Assembly (NCBI GenBank): GCA_951406725.2
Contig: OX597824.1
Coordinates: forward strand, 95,666,001 to 95,730,000
DNA from: Octopus vulgaris
Taxonomy: Eukaryota
Direction of reading: 5' to 3'
DNA: 64,000 bases
Shown: in pieces, positions 1 to 12,600 of the stretch
How the letters are laid out: each line of letters opens with the position of its first letter
Numbering within the stretch: the stretch's first letter is position 1
Notes under the pieces: model-generated
Databases searched by the model: none
What the model was told of the DNA's origin: nothing
The model's input: only the letters and a program-made list of their open reading frames with translations
Translations under genes and position numbers: made by a program

Positions 1-474
1 AAATGAAATATTTCATAAACACATTTTTATGTTTCTTGTAAACGTGTTTGATGTCAACATTTTGATTGTTACTATAGAAACAGACACCTATATGTCAGTT
101 ACTTTTGATTGGTTAAAATAACTCAAAATTAGCAAACTTTAAAAGCTATTAACTCGTTATTGATTTACAGCAAAAATGAATTTTATGTCAATAACAAGTG
201 TACAAAACTACATCAGTACACCAAATTTGAAATCAATTGGAACAAAATTGAAGAAATTGAAAAGTGGCAGGCAAACATCCTTTGAATGCAAATGGAACTG
301 TATGAGTCACCAGGTGGCAGTTGGTGTGACAAAATATCTTGACACCAAAGAAATTTTTAAGGGAAGTCAACAGCCTTTGTGTATTTTTTGAACAGCTAAA
401 AGGTCTTCTATGTTGTAAATATTTTCCTTATTTTTACCTTAGAATGAAAAAAATAACCAAAGAGATAATCTCAC

Positions 475-683
475 CTTTCTGGGTGTTCTTGTTCAATCAA
501 ATTTCTGCTTCTCTCACCCAACTGGCGGACAACATCTGCATAGTCCTCAACAGCGGATTCGAGATTCTGGTGTTTCTTAAGCATATTCTGTGCACCAATT
601 TCATCTTTGGCCCGTTCCTCACCCATCATGTAAAGTTCTTGTTCACTCATCCAAGATTCTGCCTCAGAAGTATCTTGATAGTA
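475..683 (-). CDS. beta-Spec: beta-spectrin exon 30 ([20 protein letters not shown]...EHPE)
   Basis: 209 nt, repeat 13, donor AG|GTGAG. Confidence 0.96.
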
Positions 684-3600
684 CTAAAAAAAGACAACAG
701 AGGCTTCCAATAATACACGAATTATTTGAAAAAGCAGTTTTTTTTTTTTTTTAAATTAAGAGAAAAAAAAAACCCTTTTGCCCGTCCAAAGCATTTTCAT
801 AAGTTTAGTCTCAAACGCAGAAGCTTGTTTTCAAAAATTTTAGTTAGCCCTTGTTTGATATGTTCAAAGGAAAATAAAACTTTCCTTTCTAGAGTCCCGA
901 GTTACTTTGTCAGTTGGAAAAGTTAGAAAAGCATATCATATATGATGCATGGTTACCAGGGAAATAGGTCCTGCATATCACATTGCCAGTACTGCCTGAC
1001 TGGCCCCCGTGCCATGGCACGTAAAAGGGCACCATTCGAGTGTGATCGTTACCAATGTCGCCTTACTGGCACCTGTGCCGGTGGCATAGTAAAAAAGATT
1101 CGAGCGAGGTTGTTGCCAGTACCGCCTGACTGGCCCCCGTGCTGGTGGCACGTAAAAAGCACCCACTACACGCTAGGAGTGGTTGGCGTTAGGAAGGGCA
1201 TCCAGCTGTAGAAAATCTGCCAGATCAGATTGGAGTCTGGTTCACCAGTCTTCAGTCAAAATAGTCCAACCCATGCTAGCATGGAAAGCGGACGTTAAAC
1301 GATGATGATGATGCTCCGGTCAGGCAAAGGGCTCAAAAAAATTCTTAAAAAATATAAAAAATTAAAAGCAAAAAGCAGCAAATCACATTTTAATAAAATG
1401 TTACCAATGGTTCTCCCATACCTGTTGGGCAATATCTGAGAGCTGTAGGCGAGCTTTCCTTGCGTCCACAGCATCCTTTAGAGTTTTCCACTTAGTGCTA
1501 AGGTCATCAATGTGTTGTTGGAATTCGTCAGCTTGTGGATGTTGTTCATTAACCAATTCTTGGCCAACAGCAATAACAGAATCAATACGGGGTTCGTGGT
1601 TTTCAATTTCTGTTTGCAATGACTAAAGTAATGAGAACAAAATGGGAAATGCATATAAAAAATGTATTGGCACTGAATTAGAAAAAAGTTGGGGAAGAAA
1701 AGAAGCTCACTATTCCAGATGACATTTTACAACTACTTTTAAATTTAGTCTACACTATTGAATTCCATCAAAATTATTCTTTAAAACTGATTATCAGATA
1801 GACCAACTAGCAAATCATTATTATTTTCAAATTGTTGTCATTACTTTTATGTCCACCTTCCCATGCTTGCATGGGTTGGATGGAGTTTACTGTGGCAGAT
1901 TTTCTATGATCAGGTGTATTTCTTGTTGCAAAACCTCACAGGTTTCCTAGCAAAGTAAAATTTTCTCTCCATAGTCAGACACATTTTCATACAATATTGG
2001 ATATTAATGACACTGCTTGTATGACAGTGACACTCATTTACAACTTCCATGCAAGGTCAAGAGGAGTAGAGACACACACACAATAGGCTACTTTATATTC
2101 CCATCAGCCAAATCCATTTACAAGGCTTTGATCTGCCTGGATCAGTAGGACTGAACCCAAAACTATGTTTTGAGAAGCAAACTTCTTAACCACACAGCCA
2201 TGCCTGTGTCCTTAATACACAACAGATTAAACATACTTCTTCACAATATCTGCAAATCTAATGCACAGAGAAACACAAGAGAATGAATGAGAAGAAAGTA
2301 TTAAAATAATTTCTTTTTAAGGACAATTTTTAAAATAAGGTTCCTAACAACCAAATATAATAATGGACGTATTTATCCATGTACAAGTTGCACCTCAAAT
2401 TTTGTGTTAAATCTTGGTACATAATTTTTTCCCCTTCATTGTTTAAGCTTTCCCATTTAGAAATCACAACCCAGTTTTTTCAGCTAAAATCAAGGATAAA
2501 ATATTGTGACTTTACAAGTTAATATCGTTATTTGGCAAAAACTTTCCCCACTTCTGCTATAAAGTGAAAGCAGCTCTCAGTTAACACATTTTGAAGCATG
2601 CTTTTAGTTTTAGGAAAGTTTTAATCGAGGAGAGATCCTTGTCTTGGGAGTTCATGGGTGATGGTGCCAAGTATAAAGCAACAGTTCTAGTACCAGGGTT
2701 AAAGTAACAATGCTGGTGCCAAGTAAAAAGCAGCCACTACACTTTGTAAAGTGGTTGGTGTTAGGAAGGGCCACCAGCCATAGAAACCATGTCAAAACAG
2801 ACAAAGGGGTGCCTGGTGCGGCTGGTCAGTTCCGGTCAAACTATCATGAGAAACAGACATTAAATGGTGATGAACTACTTACGTGTGTTTTCTTCATTAG
2901 TAACTGAACACTAAGAAGGCTGTTGCCATAGTTGCCAGAGGTTGCCAGGGGCATCTTTTCTTCAACCCACATTTTTTCATCTTCAATATCACGCTGAAAC
3001 TGATGAATTCGTTTGACTCTCTCAAGTTGAGATCGTCGTACTAACAAAGGCGCCTGAATTTTCATGAACCTGCAACATAAAACAATCCAGGTAAATTACT
3101 ATTGAATACATGATGATGATGATGATGATGTGTGCAGGTGTGTTTATTTATGAATTACTCATTAGCATTCTGATAACAGAATTTTCCAAAAGTTACAAAA
3201 AAACTGATGGCTTACCGCTCAGCAACCGCCACTTTGCGAGCTTCTATTTCAGCCTCCTTATTAGGATCCATAGTTTTCAGGTAATTAGCTTGTTTATCAA
3301 GCTCTTGCACTTGGTTCTCTTTACACTTCATCTGGCTTTCCAATTGCTATTTAACAGAAACACAAATTAAAGATATGAATAAGCAAGAAGAAAAAAAAAA
3401 GAAAGAAAAGAATTTCTAATTGAACATTTTAATTAACATGATTAAATTAAACAATACTTACATTTTGCCTCTGCATTTGAATATTGACAGTGGTTAAATC
3501 TCTACCAAATTCTTCAGTAACAACTTGGGATTCCAGCTGTTGAATCCAACCATCAATGTCATCACAGCTCTGTTCATAGAGGACCGAGCGATTGGCATCA

Positions 3601-6600
3601 AACAATCGCTCACCCTTGTCCTTCGTGGTGTTCTCGAGCTCTTCCCATTGATTGCTGAGACCCTCAAGAACGGGACCAACCTGCTCAGCAGCTTCGGGTT
3701 TATCTTTCAACAAACCTTCACCAGCCTAAAAGAGAAAACATTTTTAGTTTTTTAATAATTGGAAACCCGTTTTTCTAATGGGGAAAATATTCAATTAAGT
3801 CACTGATCTATAAACCCCACATATTTAACAGACATCTTTCAAGTCTTCACGGCCCATCTTGTTTACCCTCAGCACTAAAAGCTTTTACCTCAACTATTGT
3901 CTATAATTTTATAATCATTTCTCTTACACACAAAACACGAACTTTTTCTTTTTTATGTTGTATATTTCCTAGAACTTTGGTTTGAAAGTTTCAAAATGAA
4001 GAGGGGGGGAAAAAAAAGTGCTGTGCAGTGGAACTGAACCCAAGACCATATGGTTGGGAAGCAAACTTCTCAACCACACAGCCATGTCTGCACCTATCAA
4101 ATTAATTAGGGTTTATATGACAAAATTGCACTTTAATTGGACAAGATAGAGAAGAAACAAAAAAAAAAGGAAAAAAGAAAAAAATGTACCTCACGAAGTT
4201 TCAAAAGACGATCTTTATTAGCTGCAATTTCAGATTCAAATGCTTGATGTCGCATATATTTGCTGTGCAGGTTTTTAGCATCACGATAAGTCTCATCTTG
4301 AGCAGCTGACATTTTATCTTGAAGCCAGTCTCGTAACTAAAAAGAAAATAAAGTATTTTGTATATTAAAACTCTCCCAAACGATACGAGGGAAAATACGA
4401 AATTCAAAGGAAAAATATTAAATAATATTTACTTCTTCACAGTCTTGGAAGAACTGTTGTAGCATTCTCTGGTCTTTAAGGCGTTCCAGTTGTTCATATG
4501 CACGCTGTCTGTTTGCATTACGCCTGTAAATGGCAAGAAGATTTTTTTGTCTTTAAATTACAGGAAGGTGGTTTGTGGTTTCAATGCTTTTCATAAACAG
4601 ATCTGCTCGAAAAAAGCTGACCTGGGGCTAAACAACAACAGTATACATTTAAATCAATGAACACACAAATATGGCTGTGTGGGGTTTTGGATCCCAGGTG
4701 CAGTACCTTTTTAATAAAATCCTGAACTGAAATTGCTGGAAATAGTAATTGGAGAAAGCTGACTGACTTCATCATCATCGTTTAACGTCTGCTTTCCATG
4801 CTAGCATGGGTTGGACGATTTGACTGAGGACTGGCGAACCAGACTCCAATCTGATCTGGTAGAGTTTCTACAGCTGGATGCCCTTCCTAATGCCAACCAC
4901 TCCAAGAGTGTAGTGGGTGCTTTTAAAGTGCATCCGGCATGAGGGCCAGTCCCCCCAACATCGTTTGACAACCGATGCTGGTGTGTTTACGTCCCCATAA
5001 CTTAGCGGTTCGGCAAAAGAAACCGATAGAATATGTACTAGGCTTACAAACAATAAATCCTGGGGTCGATTTGCTTGACTAAATGCGGTGCTCCAGCATG
5101 GCCACAATCAAATGACTGAAACAAGCAAAGGACTAAAAGACTAAATCAAAAAGTCATTTATTGCAGGTCAGCTTAAGCAGGACTAACCTGGGTCTAAATA
5201 ACAACTGTAAATACCTATTTCTTTACTACCCACAAGGGGCTAAACCCAGAGAGGACAAACAAGGACAGACAAATGGATTAAATCGATTATATCGACCCCA
5301 GTGCGTAACTGGTACTTCTTTAATCGACCCCGAAAGGATGAAAGGCAAAGTTGACCATGGCAGAATTTGAACTCAGAACGTAACGACAGACGAAATACCG
5401 CTAAGCATTTCGCCCGACGTGCTAACGATTCTGCCAGCTCGCCGCCTTAACAACTGTAAATACCATATTCGATCACATAAAGTGCATGTTCTTTCCATAA
5501 GGGAAGCTGGGGGGGGGGGGGAAATTCCCTTGGGCCTTGTATGTTAAGTTGGGCCTCCCATAACCTAATTCCGACCAATGCTGACTACTCATGTGGTCTG
5601 CAGAATTTTGCAATTTCACCTCACAGATGTTGTCCTTTACCTTTCGTTGATGTTTTCTGCTTTTTTGCTGATTTTGTCAGCAGCATGGTTGTTGTCTTCG
5701 ATGAGTCTTTGTCCAAATTGCAAGACGTTGTTAATTTTCTCATCATTTGCATCCATTGTGGTGATAAATGCTTCATGTTTTTTAATGATATTCTCAGCAG
5801 CTTCCAACGAGTTCTGAAGGAAAAAAGTTGGTTATAATAAGTAAGGAAAAACGAAAAAAAAAAAGCATATAAAAAAAACAAAAACATTAGCCAACATTAA
5901 TAAGTCAAACAGATTAAACTAGTATTTATCAACATCTTAATTACTATTATTATTATTAGTAGCAGTAGTATTTAGAACAATTGTAATTGCAGTATACAAC
6001 ATTAAAACTGGTTCTGGAACAGTTTTAATAATACTTATTGTTAATTTAATAACATGAATTTTCTAACAAATTTTTTTTGTTTTTTTAAATAAAATATGTA
6101 AATGTATGCCATATAAGAACCAAAATATTGATAAAAGTAAATTTTAACAGCTCATGGGAATGAGGTGTTAAAAGTCATTTTTAATTTCATCCAGATTTAA
6201 GGAAATAATTAACCATGTTTAGAAGCAAGGCAGTTTGAACTGGGTTTTAACCAGCAGCAGTATTAATTAGCCGCCAGCCAGCCGAAGGAGAAAATTGGCA
6301 ACTTGATCTGCTTGGATTTTTTTTTGTAATCTTAAAAACAGATGTTAACATTTAAGTGGTGACAGGAATTTTAAATGAAAAAGCTATGGCTCTATATTAG
6401 ACAAATAGACTTGACATATTTTTCTTTTCTTTTACTTGTAAGCACCAAAAGAAATTCTTACAAGAGGTAAGAATTGTAGTTCAGTTATGTGCACATAGGA
6501 TATAATTATTGTCTAAGATTAAAGATATTTTAATTGAATTAATATTAAAAGAAATAGAGATCTAAGAACATGTAGGAATCAAGTACAATATAAAAACATG

Positions 6601-9600
6601 TTTTAATAAAAACCATCAAACATCAATAAAGCTGTCAGAAAGAAAGATTCCCACCCCCTTCATGCAAATAGAGTTTATTTCCTGAAGAATGTTACTACCA
6701 CTAGAAAAGGAGGGGGAAAAAAATGAGAAAAAAAATGTTTAACTATTCAATCATTTAAAAATCGAATTATTAATGTCTGTTACAAGAAGCTAATTTAAAA
6801 ATCAAAGAAACTTTAATTCTTAAAAAAAAGTCACAATGAGGTGAAAATTAATCTCCTTTTCACAGTTGCCTCCGAAACCATTCTTAATTAGTGCCGTTAC
6901 CACTAATAATCCAAATTATACATTATATAAAATATTGAGATGCTAATAAAGCAAATGACCAAAAATCTAAAACATAACCAGTGAAACTAGAATGAAGTAC
7001 CCTGGAGGTAAATAGGACTCCTGTCAGAGACAATAAGAACCAATTTGCTATTTTAAGAAGAGTATTAGCAACTCCTTAGCAATTTAACCAGGACTTTTCA
7101 AGTCATCAAGCTGGAAATGAGTTCCTTCAGCAACAGTTTTGCAAAGATTTGAAATAAAAATTTTGACTTGAATCATCGTATTTTATAATCAAACAATTGG
7201 ATTATATAATAAAGATCATTCTAATCTTGTGCTAAGCAATCAAGTCACTGGAAAGTGGTTTCTATACAATACTCCACAAAGTCATTAAAAAACCAAGCAG
7301 TGATTGAAGTATAGAATAGTTCTAATCATAAATGTGAAAATACTGACTAAATCTTTCTCGACAGCATAATTAACCAAATGGACAAGATTAAGTGTCATTA
7401 TACAGGATTAGTGAGGTATAGAAAGGAGGTTATATGAAAGCTAGAGAGTAGCAAATTCATCTAAAATACGTAACTACGAAAAGACAATTTCATTCTCTCT
7501 CATGCATGAAGTTTATTTCAAAATATTAATGGCAATCCTTTTGCCAAAATCCTCAGATTATTTACATATGAGGCACAAAAAAAAAAAAAAAAAAGGATCT
7601 TTTCTTCCCCTTTAATGATTAATTATTTCAATAAACTATTGGAAAGAATAACTTTTAAAATTACACACAAGCAATTATGACCCTCCCAATTACCTTTCCG
7701 GAACAGCAACACAAAAAAAAAAAAAAAACAAGTCCACACCCATCACACAGTACAAGTTTGCTGAAAAGCACAACAACAATTTTCAATAAAAAAAAAAAAA
7801 GAAAAACAATATTGAGCTAACAGAGAACAAATTGAAACAGTTTTTTTAATGCTAGGCACAGATTACAACACACTGCAGAAATATATGTGCCAGGAATATA
7901 GAGATGAGGACAGGACATGCCATAGAAGATGGCAGGAGCTTGAGAAGACTTGAGAAACCAGAAATTAATATAACGTTTGTTTTTAATGCATACAATTTAC
8001 ACACAAAGTTTAGCTGTAATAATTACTGATAGCAACAGAACGAAGATATTGTCAGTGAAGAGTAGTTTTATAGCAATTAATAGAGAGAAGTTGGCAAGAA
8101 GATGAACAAGATAATTCTCCTTTCATCCAAGCAGAACACTTTTAGGAAGAACAAATTATAAAGTTAGTGAATACACTTGTAACATTAGTATTCAAAGTTT
8201 AATGAGAGAAACTGAACTGGAAGAACCGTAACACAACCACCAGTTATAAAGTCTATACATGTAGGAGGTATGAGAAACAAATTTAGTTTGAAGAGTAACC
8301 GAAGCAATTAAAGAGTTTTAGAGAAAGAGGAAATTGGAGCAAAAAAAAGAAAGAAAGAAAGAAAGAAAGAAAAGAATGAAGAACAATTGTTTCAATAACA
8401 AAATTTAAGAAACACAAACTGAATGTTTTTTGTTTGTTTTTTTTTCTCTCTCTTTTAGACCCAAAAGGAATTTAAAACAATTTTTGTTAGTTTTTATCCA
8501 TCAATTAATTTCTCTTAGCATAATAGAATTGGCAGGACATTTATTAGTCACAGGAACAATAGACAAGTTAATTCTGCTAAACTTGATTTCACAACTTAGA
8601 TCTAGAACTTGTGAAACAATGATTTAGAGGGGGGTGGGGGGAAAATAAAGGTTAGATATTAAAGCAAAAACTGAACATATAAACAACATTTTGTATTCTT
8701 TTGTAAATTATTATAATTAATACCAGATCCTTATCTGTTTTAAATCTATAATTAATAGTTAATAATTTTCTTAAACTTTAAGACTATTTAGTGACATATG
8801 ATCCAACACCAAAATTCTGTTAATACTGACATGAGTAAAAGAGAACAAAAAATCCCACTGAAAGAATGGTATTAAGTAATTCCAACAACACACCAATTCA
8901 CACTTATAGAGCAAAATGCCAAGGAATATGAAAATGAGTGAATCAAAGTTAGAACACTTCAAGAAAGAAGTACTGAAGTAGAAATGGTTTAGAAACGAAG
9001 AAAAATTAATAATATTGGTCTAGATTTTAGCAAAATTGCATATTTATCTGAATAGGTTGAAGACAATATACTCAATGTGCATAAGAAAAATCTGAAAGAG
9101 ATAGAAGAGGAAAAAAAAAAAATGAAGAACTGTGAGCAGATATCAACACACTCAGTATATATATATATGTATATATATATAATATATAATATATATAAAC
9201 ACACTCAGTATATATAATATATAAAACTAAAGAGAAAAAAAAATAAAATAAAAATTTAGAACAACAAAAACAATGAACATTTGACATCTCAACAATGACA
9301 ACATGTTATTGAGCCATTCCTAGTCTGGTGCCATTGCTTTTACTGCAAACTAGAAAGCTTGGGAAAATATGCTAAACTGTTGTTTTGCTTTTTAATATCA
9401 AGTGGTCTGAGGAATTTGGATGCAATGAAAATTGCTGCTTGGAATTTTTAATTTAAATATATGAAGCACAGCTACAGAAATAACACTAGTTTATGATTTC
9501 TATGATCCTAATTTCTGGACAGATTCTTACAAAGGAGATGGGTACATTTAAAAATTTTAAAAATAGGGTTTTCCCCCATTTTTGTGAATAAAATTTTAAA

Positions 9601-12600
9601 TATTATAAAATCATTCTCTTTTCAATCCCAAACTAAAAGTATTGGATTGAAAAAAGAATGATTTTATAATATTTTATGTTTATATTTTTTTAGTTTAGTA
9701 ATGAAATATATCTGAACAAATATATTATATATAAAAATAACAAAAACTAATTTCCATTTACTGATATGGACAGAGGGTTACTTAATTGTCCAATGCTTCT
9801 TCTATGGGGCTTATTAATTAACACTAATAATTCAAAAATTACATTAGATATTTCTGCTAAATGAATTATTTGGTGTCGTTTTATAGCGTCAACAGAAAAC
9901 TGGTTTAAATTTAAAGACTATTTTCCAAAATAAAGCAAGCAGCATAACTTTTTTTTTTTATGACCATAACACATTTAAAAATATATTTTTATGAAGAAAT
10001 AAAGCCAAACCATTAGTTTTTTTAATGTTTTTGAGAGCTACAACCATTTTTTTTTAATTAATGAAATTTAAAATTCTAGTTTTACATTGTATTTAACAGA
10101 TTAAGTTTTACCTAAATATTCTGGAAATAAAGCAAATTGATAGATTCCGTAAATTATTCGGTAATTTTCTATAGAAGGAAAAACAATGGCAAGCCAACTG
10201 AATGGTATTTTTTTTTGTGTGGCACCAAGCTAAGTTAGCATGCTATCTACATCCATTAACACAGCAGCAGCAGACACCAAGTTACCTGCTTGTCAAGTCC
10301 AATGGCACTCTGTGTAACAAAAGACACTAGTTATACACTGACTTACTGCAGAGACAGCAAATAAAGTGGCAGCACCAAGTAGGACTTACTAAACAAGCAA
10401 TAAAACAGTTTGAAAACCTTAAATATATCAGACTGGCTAATATAATTTTAGAAATAACATTTTAATTCTATTACTTGTGCAGGGCTGAGATAAGGTCTTA
10501 AAATTGGAACGAGGACGATTCGTAATTTGAATCAGAGCTCCAACGACAATGCAATCATTTGTTTTAAAATATCAGAAAAGATAAAAGCATATATATATAT
10601 GTATGTATGTATATGTCCTACAAATTATACAGGTGGGCAAAGAAAATATTGATACACAAATGGACACATAAATATTTAGTCTATAAATCAACATCTTATA
10701 AAACTATCAACAATTTAATAGATATTTTAAAATGTTAATACATAATAAAGTCAGATTGTTCTGTGTAGTGAGAATACTGTTGGACAATGTCACGGTTAAA
10801 TGGATACAACATACATAGAGACAATGGTATGTGACTGTCCCAGTACAAATCATGAAGAATTTTGGTGACCCAGCCATCTTTGTATTGGCAATGTGACCAA
10901 CAGAACAGTAGTGTTTCTTTCATTACATGGAATCACTATATTCTCAGATTTGTAGAACTGAGAATTCATATAAACTATAATAAAACCTTCAAGATAACCT
11001 GTGCTGTTTTTTAAGTTAGAGAGATATTTTGTTTAAATTAAAAATAACTATAATAGTGATTTTTAACATAAATCACAAAGTTTTTAACATAAGGCACAAG
11101 GTCACAACTCTCTACCAGCGGGAGACACAAAGCATTTAGTTCAGTGCTCTACTGGTTCCATCACATTTTGTCTTTAATAAGACAAAGAAAAAAATTCTTT
11201 AAAAATGAAAACAAAAATCTGTTCATAATGCCTAAAGCTGTTTAATGAAGCCATTAAAGTGTAATCATTTTAGCCAGTGTGAAAATAAAACTAGGATATA
11301 AACAAAAACAAAAATATATGGTAGAAAAATTGTCATAATCTTTCATGTACAATTAAAACAAAATTGAACAAGAGTTGTGCAATTTTCAATAGAGTAAAAG
11401 AAAAAAGAAAAAGAAAAAAAAACTACACTAGTTCAAGTGATATTCAACAGCAGTGTGAGCACAGTAAACTAAAATATAATTAAGGTTACACACAGCAAAT
11501 TACTTTTAGAATTCTCAGCATGGAATTTTCATTAGTTTTATGTTGACGAGATGGAAATGGTACAAATCAGTTTGAAACAATGTACTCACATTTCAATTTA
11601 GGCTCTTGAAGATATTATTAGAATATTATTACTATTGACTGCTTCTAACGCCACTAGTTTGTAGACGGCAATAGGAGAAGAACAGGACAGAATATAAAAT
11701 ACCTAGGGACAGCTTGAGGTAACTAAACTGAAATTACAGTAGGTCATTTTACTAATAAATACATGATATTATCCCACAACCACTCGCAGCAATCCACCCA
11801 CCCCAAAACCTACACACAATATAATCTAAAAACTTATTTCATAATTTATTTTTTGTAGAATATATTAATATTTTAATGCGATACTTCTCGTAGAGCTACA
11901 AATGTATGAAGAATTATTTGGGTTGCTTCTAACATATTTCTGAACCTAAACATTTAAAGTCCATAAAGGAGTCTTTTGAAATCACTTGCTGAAAGAGTTG
12001 AACAATCTAACTGTGTCACCCACCCCCCACTTCAGGCATTCGAGTAAAAACAAAAATAGAAAAAAAGAAAAGAAAAACAAATAAATACAGACACTAAGTA
12101 AACAAGTTCAACTACCAATCTGCATTATAGACTTGTATTCCAGACATTTACTACCATAGACTGGTGACTGCATAATTAATAATGTGTTTATAAACACGAT
12201 GTATCTATCCATTTGTTATTCGTTTCGCAGCCAACATTTTAAAATTTAAGTTTTTGAATCTATTTTGTATATCTTAATCGTATGCCTTCAACAAAATCAA
12301 AATTGATGTCAATTAAGAAATTGGGTGCCTTTTCTCTTTTTTTTCAAGAACACAAATTGTTATCGAGTTTCCAAATCCAATTCCATAAAAATGTAAATTC
12401 CATCGGTTGCCACACACACACACACACACATACAGCCCGATACACAATGAGAGAAACTATAATAGCTGTGGACACAATGGGAGGAACTATGTGTGTAAAA
12501 AGAAGTAAAAAAAGAGAAATAGAAACCATTTAGAATTAAAGGTAAGAATAATACTTACAGGTACTTCTTCTTTTGATAGGAAGTTCTCTTGTTGGTTGAG

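Noticed and set aside
6001-6475. Short hairpins at 6001-6029 (10 bp) and 6453-6475 (9 bp)
   Set aside because: Short AT-rich stems, plausible by chance
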